Shown here piece after piece: positions 61,700-64,000 of a DNA stretch of 64,000 nt. The position numbers and the translations under genes are program-made. The first letter of the stretch is position 1, and each line of letters begins with the position of its first letter. The notes beneath the pieces were generated by a model, which did not search any database, was not told the DNA's origin, and worked only from the letters and a program-made list of their open reading frames with translations. This DNA is from Octopus bimaculoides (taxonomy: Eukaryota). The stretch covers positions 72,871,463 through 72,935,462 of the forward strand of contig NC_068988.1 in the NCBI RefSeq assembly GCF_001194135.2, in the 5' to 3' direction.

Positions 61700-63450
61700 T
61701 ACATCAGCATCATTATGGGAGCCTCTGATTCAGCACAGGTATCCAACTTAGTAGGCATTTACTTATTATCACATTTACATGAAGAATCCCCAGAGATCAG
61801 GATCAGGAGAGGCTTCTACAGAGACGATTCATTAATTATCCTGAAAAACACCTCAAATAGGTGACTAGAACTACTAAGGAAAAAACTATATAAGGTCTTT
61901 GTAATGTTTTGGCTTAACCATCACAATAGGTAAAGAGCATAATTCTGTTAACTAAGGTACCAACTGTAATTTAACCATGGGACTACACGAACTGTGCATA
62001 TAACTGAATACAGACCTTAATTATATAAATGCACTTAGCAACCACCCTAACTTTATAAAAAGAGGACTTGTACAAGGCATCAGCAAAAGAATCTCATATC
62101 TCATCTCCAACAAAGACATCTTTAATAAGTATAGGAATTCTACAACAGGGCATTAGAAAAAGCAGGCTATAAGCAACAAATTAATTTCCTTTACTCAGAA
62201 CCCTATAAAAATAACCCAAATAACATAAATGTTCAAAATTATAATAATAGGAATTATACCCAAAATGACTATAATAATCACGAAAACAATAAGAACAGCA
62301 ATAATAGTAATAGTAGTTGTAATAACAAAAATAGTAGGAAGAATGATAAGATTCGTAATAATATTAATAACATTAAATATGATAATGATGGAAATACTAA
62401 TAATGGGATTGATAACACTATCAAGAAAAATAATAGTAACAATAATAAATAAAAATAACACACTTCAAAGAACCAATAAAGTCCCTGTTAGAAACGATAC
62501 TAGCAAGGTAAATAACATAAATAAATCGTACAGGAACAGCCCCACTAAAGCTGATAGTAATAACAATAAAAATAGCAATAGAAAGTAGAAGAATTATAAC
62601 CAAAGCTTTACGATCTACAATAATACTGAGGGCAGTTTCTACACCAAAAATAATAATATTAAAAATAACAAACAGAATAAAGATAACATCTGGCTAACAA
62701 CCCCCTTCGTGATGCAACTAAAAACTAATATAGTTAAATCTATAATGAGACTTATAAATAAGCACTTCAATATGAATACCAAATACTCAGAAATCTTTAG
62801 CAATAAAATTAGAGTAGGCCATAGCCTAACTAGCAACCTAGCTACTATTATAGCCTCTATCAGCAATAAAAAGCTAGATGCCATCTATGAAACTAGGAAG
62901 AATAGCAATAAAAAGTACAACAACCAATCGATTGATATAAGTGACCCCCCCCCCCAATAACTCGCCCTCTAAAAATTCAGACAACTACCTTCTAAATAGT
63001 AATCCCCTGCAACGTATCATAGGCACAGACAATCTTACTAATCTATATGGCTGCAGAGATAAAAATACTTGTGAATCCTTAAATAAATGTAAAAATCAAA
63101 ACATAATCTGCCAATGTAATATACGCTCAAATAATTAGAAGAAAACTTATATTAGAGCAACTAAAAATGAAATGAAACTTAGATATAATTTCTATCGTTC
63201 AAGTTTCAGAAATAGAAGTAAAGTGAATTCTACCGGACTAAGTAGTTACATCTAAGAACTGAAAGACAATAGCATTAATTATAGATTAGAATAGTGTATC
63301 CTAGCCAAATCATCTTCATATAACCTTAATAATAATCACTGTAATTTATGCATAAATGAGAAATTCTTCATTTTAATGGCCAAATCAGAATTACTTAATA
63401 AACAAAATGAGAAAAATACATGTTTGCATAAAGATAAATCCTTATTCTCT
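61700..63450 (+). mobile_element. Decayed Penelope-like element (RT plus GIY-YIG endonuclease)
   Basis: FYRDDSL at ~61814-61834, NYINALSNHP, FYNRALEKAGYK, IWLTTPF..QLKTNIVK, then CQCNI...TYI.ATKNEMKLRYN..RSSFRN...STGLSSYI.ELK and CNLCINEKFFIL. Confidence 0.9.
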
Positions 63451-63925
63451 AAATACTGTTAATACCTACATTACAGGTTATTAGCTGACCTACCTACCAT
63501 CTTATTACCTCACTTACCACAGAGCATAATATAACATCACATCACAATTTTGATTTGAATTACCCAGATTAACCAAACTATCTATTTAAAATCTACATTG
63601 TACACTAGGATATATAACCCTCGATAATATATTCACCTTAAAGCTAGATTGCCAACTCACGTAACACATATTTTTATGATGAATGTTTCTTTATATGATA
63701 TATTAGATATTATTAAAATTTTAGATTAAAATTTTAGATAAGTAATGATATGGTATATGCCTCACAGCATGGTTTTGGACGGGTTCTTAGTTGACTGAGT
63801 TGTAGAGTGGTGGTTCGTCTCTAAATTAGTTATCTACATATATATTATATATTACGAAACCCGGTGTAATATTATACCGATTTTTGCCTGTAAGGTTGGA
63901 ATAAGTTTTTATTCCCTAATATTAT

Positions 63926-63963
<38 letters not shown>

Positions 63964-64000
63964 GTATATACATATGTATATATGTATATATACACATATG

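Noticed and set aside
62195-62603. Hydrophobic 'membrane protein' ORFs (62195-62461, 62229-62588, 62278-62463, 62421-62603)
   Set aside because: Alternative or antisense readings of the AAT-rich Penelope linker.
63450-63900. Expected pLTR hammerhead downstream of the Penelope ORF
   Set aside because: No CUGANGA box with pairing stems could be found; the GAAACCCGGT at ~63857 lacks the rest of the core.

Overview
This is AT-rich, repeat-dense animal genomic DNA with assembly gaps. The SINE families and the long (TA)n/(CA)n/(GA)n tracts suggest an octopus-like cephalopod; that species call is an inference. Host genes: an intact single-exon dynactin p62 gene (DCTN4, 4724-6061, +) and three in-phase exons of an unidentified + strand gene (47826-55953). 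The rest is decayed mobile DNA: hAT, two mariners, a Tc1-like DDE element, pogo, Helitron, Gypsy, RTE, CR1, CRE and other RLE LINEs, two Penelope-like ORF remnants, MITEs and many tRNA-derived SINEs. The most notable signal, missed by the ORF track, is a set of type I hammerhead ribozyme motifs from three unrelated repeat families, with palindromic stem III wherever that stem survives. They are (i) a pair in a fold-back with a ~355-nt tandem unit at 3.2-4.0 kb, (ii) a canonical solo motif at 18.7 kb, and (iii) a head-to-head dimer of a tRNA-SINE/hammerhead chimera at 57.2-57.7 kb, flanked by a 12-bp target-site duplication. A mini fold-back at 35.4 kb shares the breakpoints of (iii). All alignments and folds were done by eye, and mobile element boundaries are approximate.
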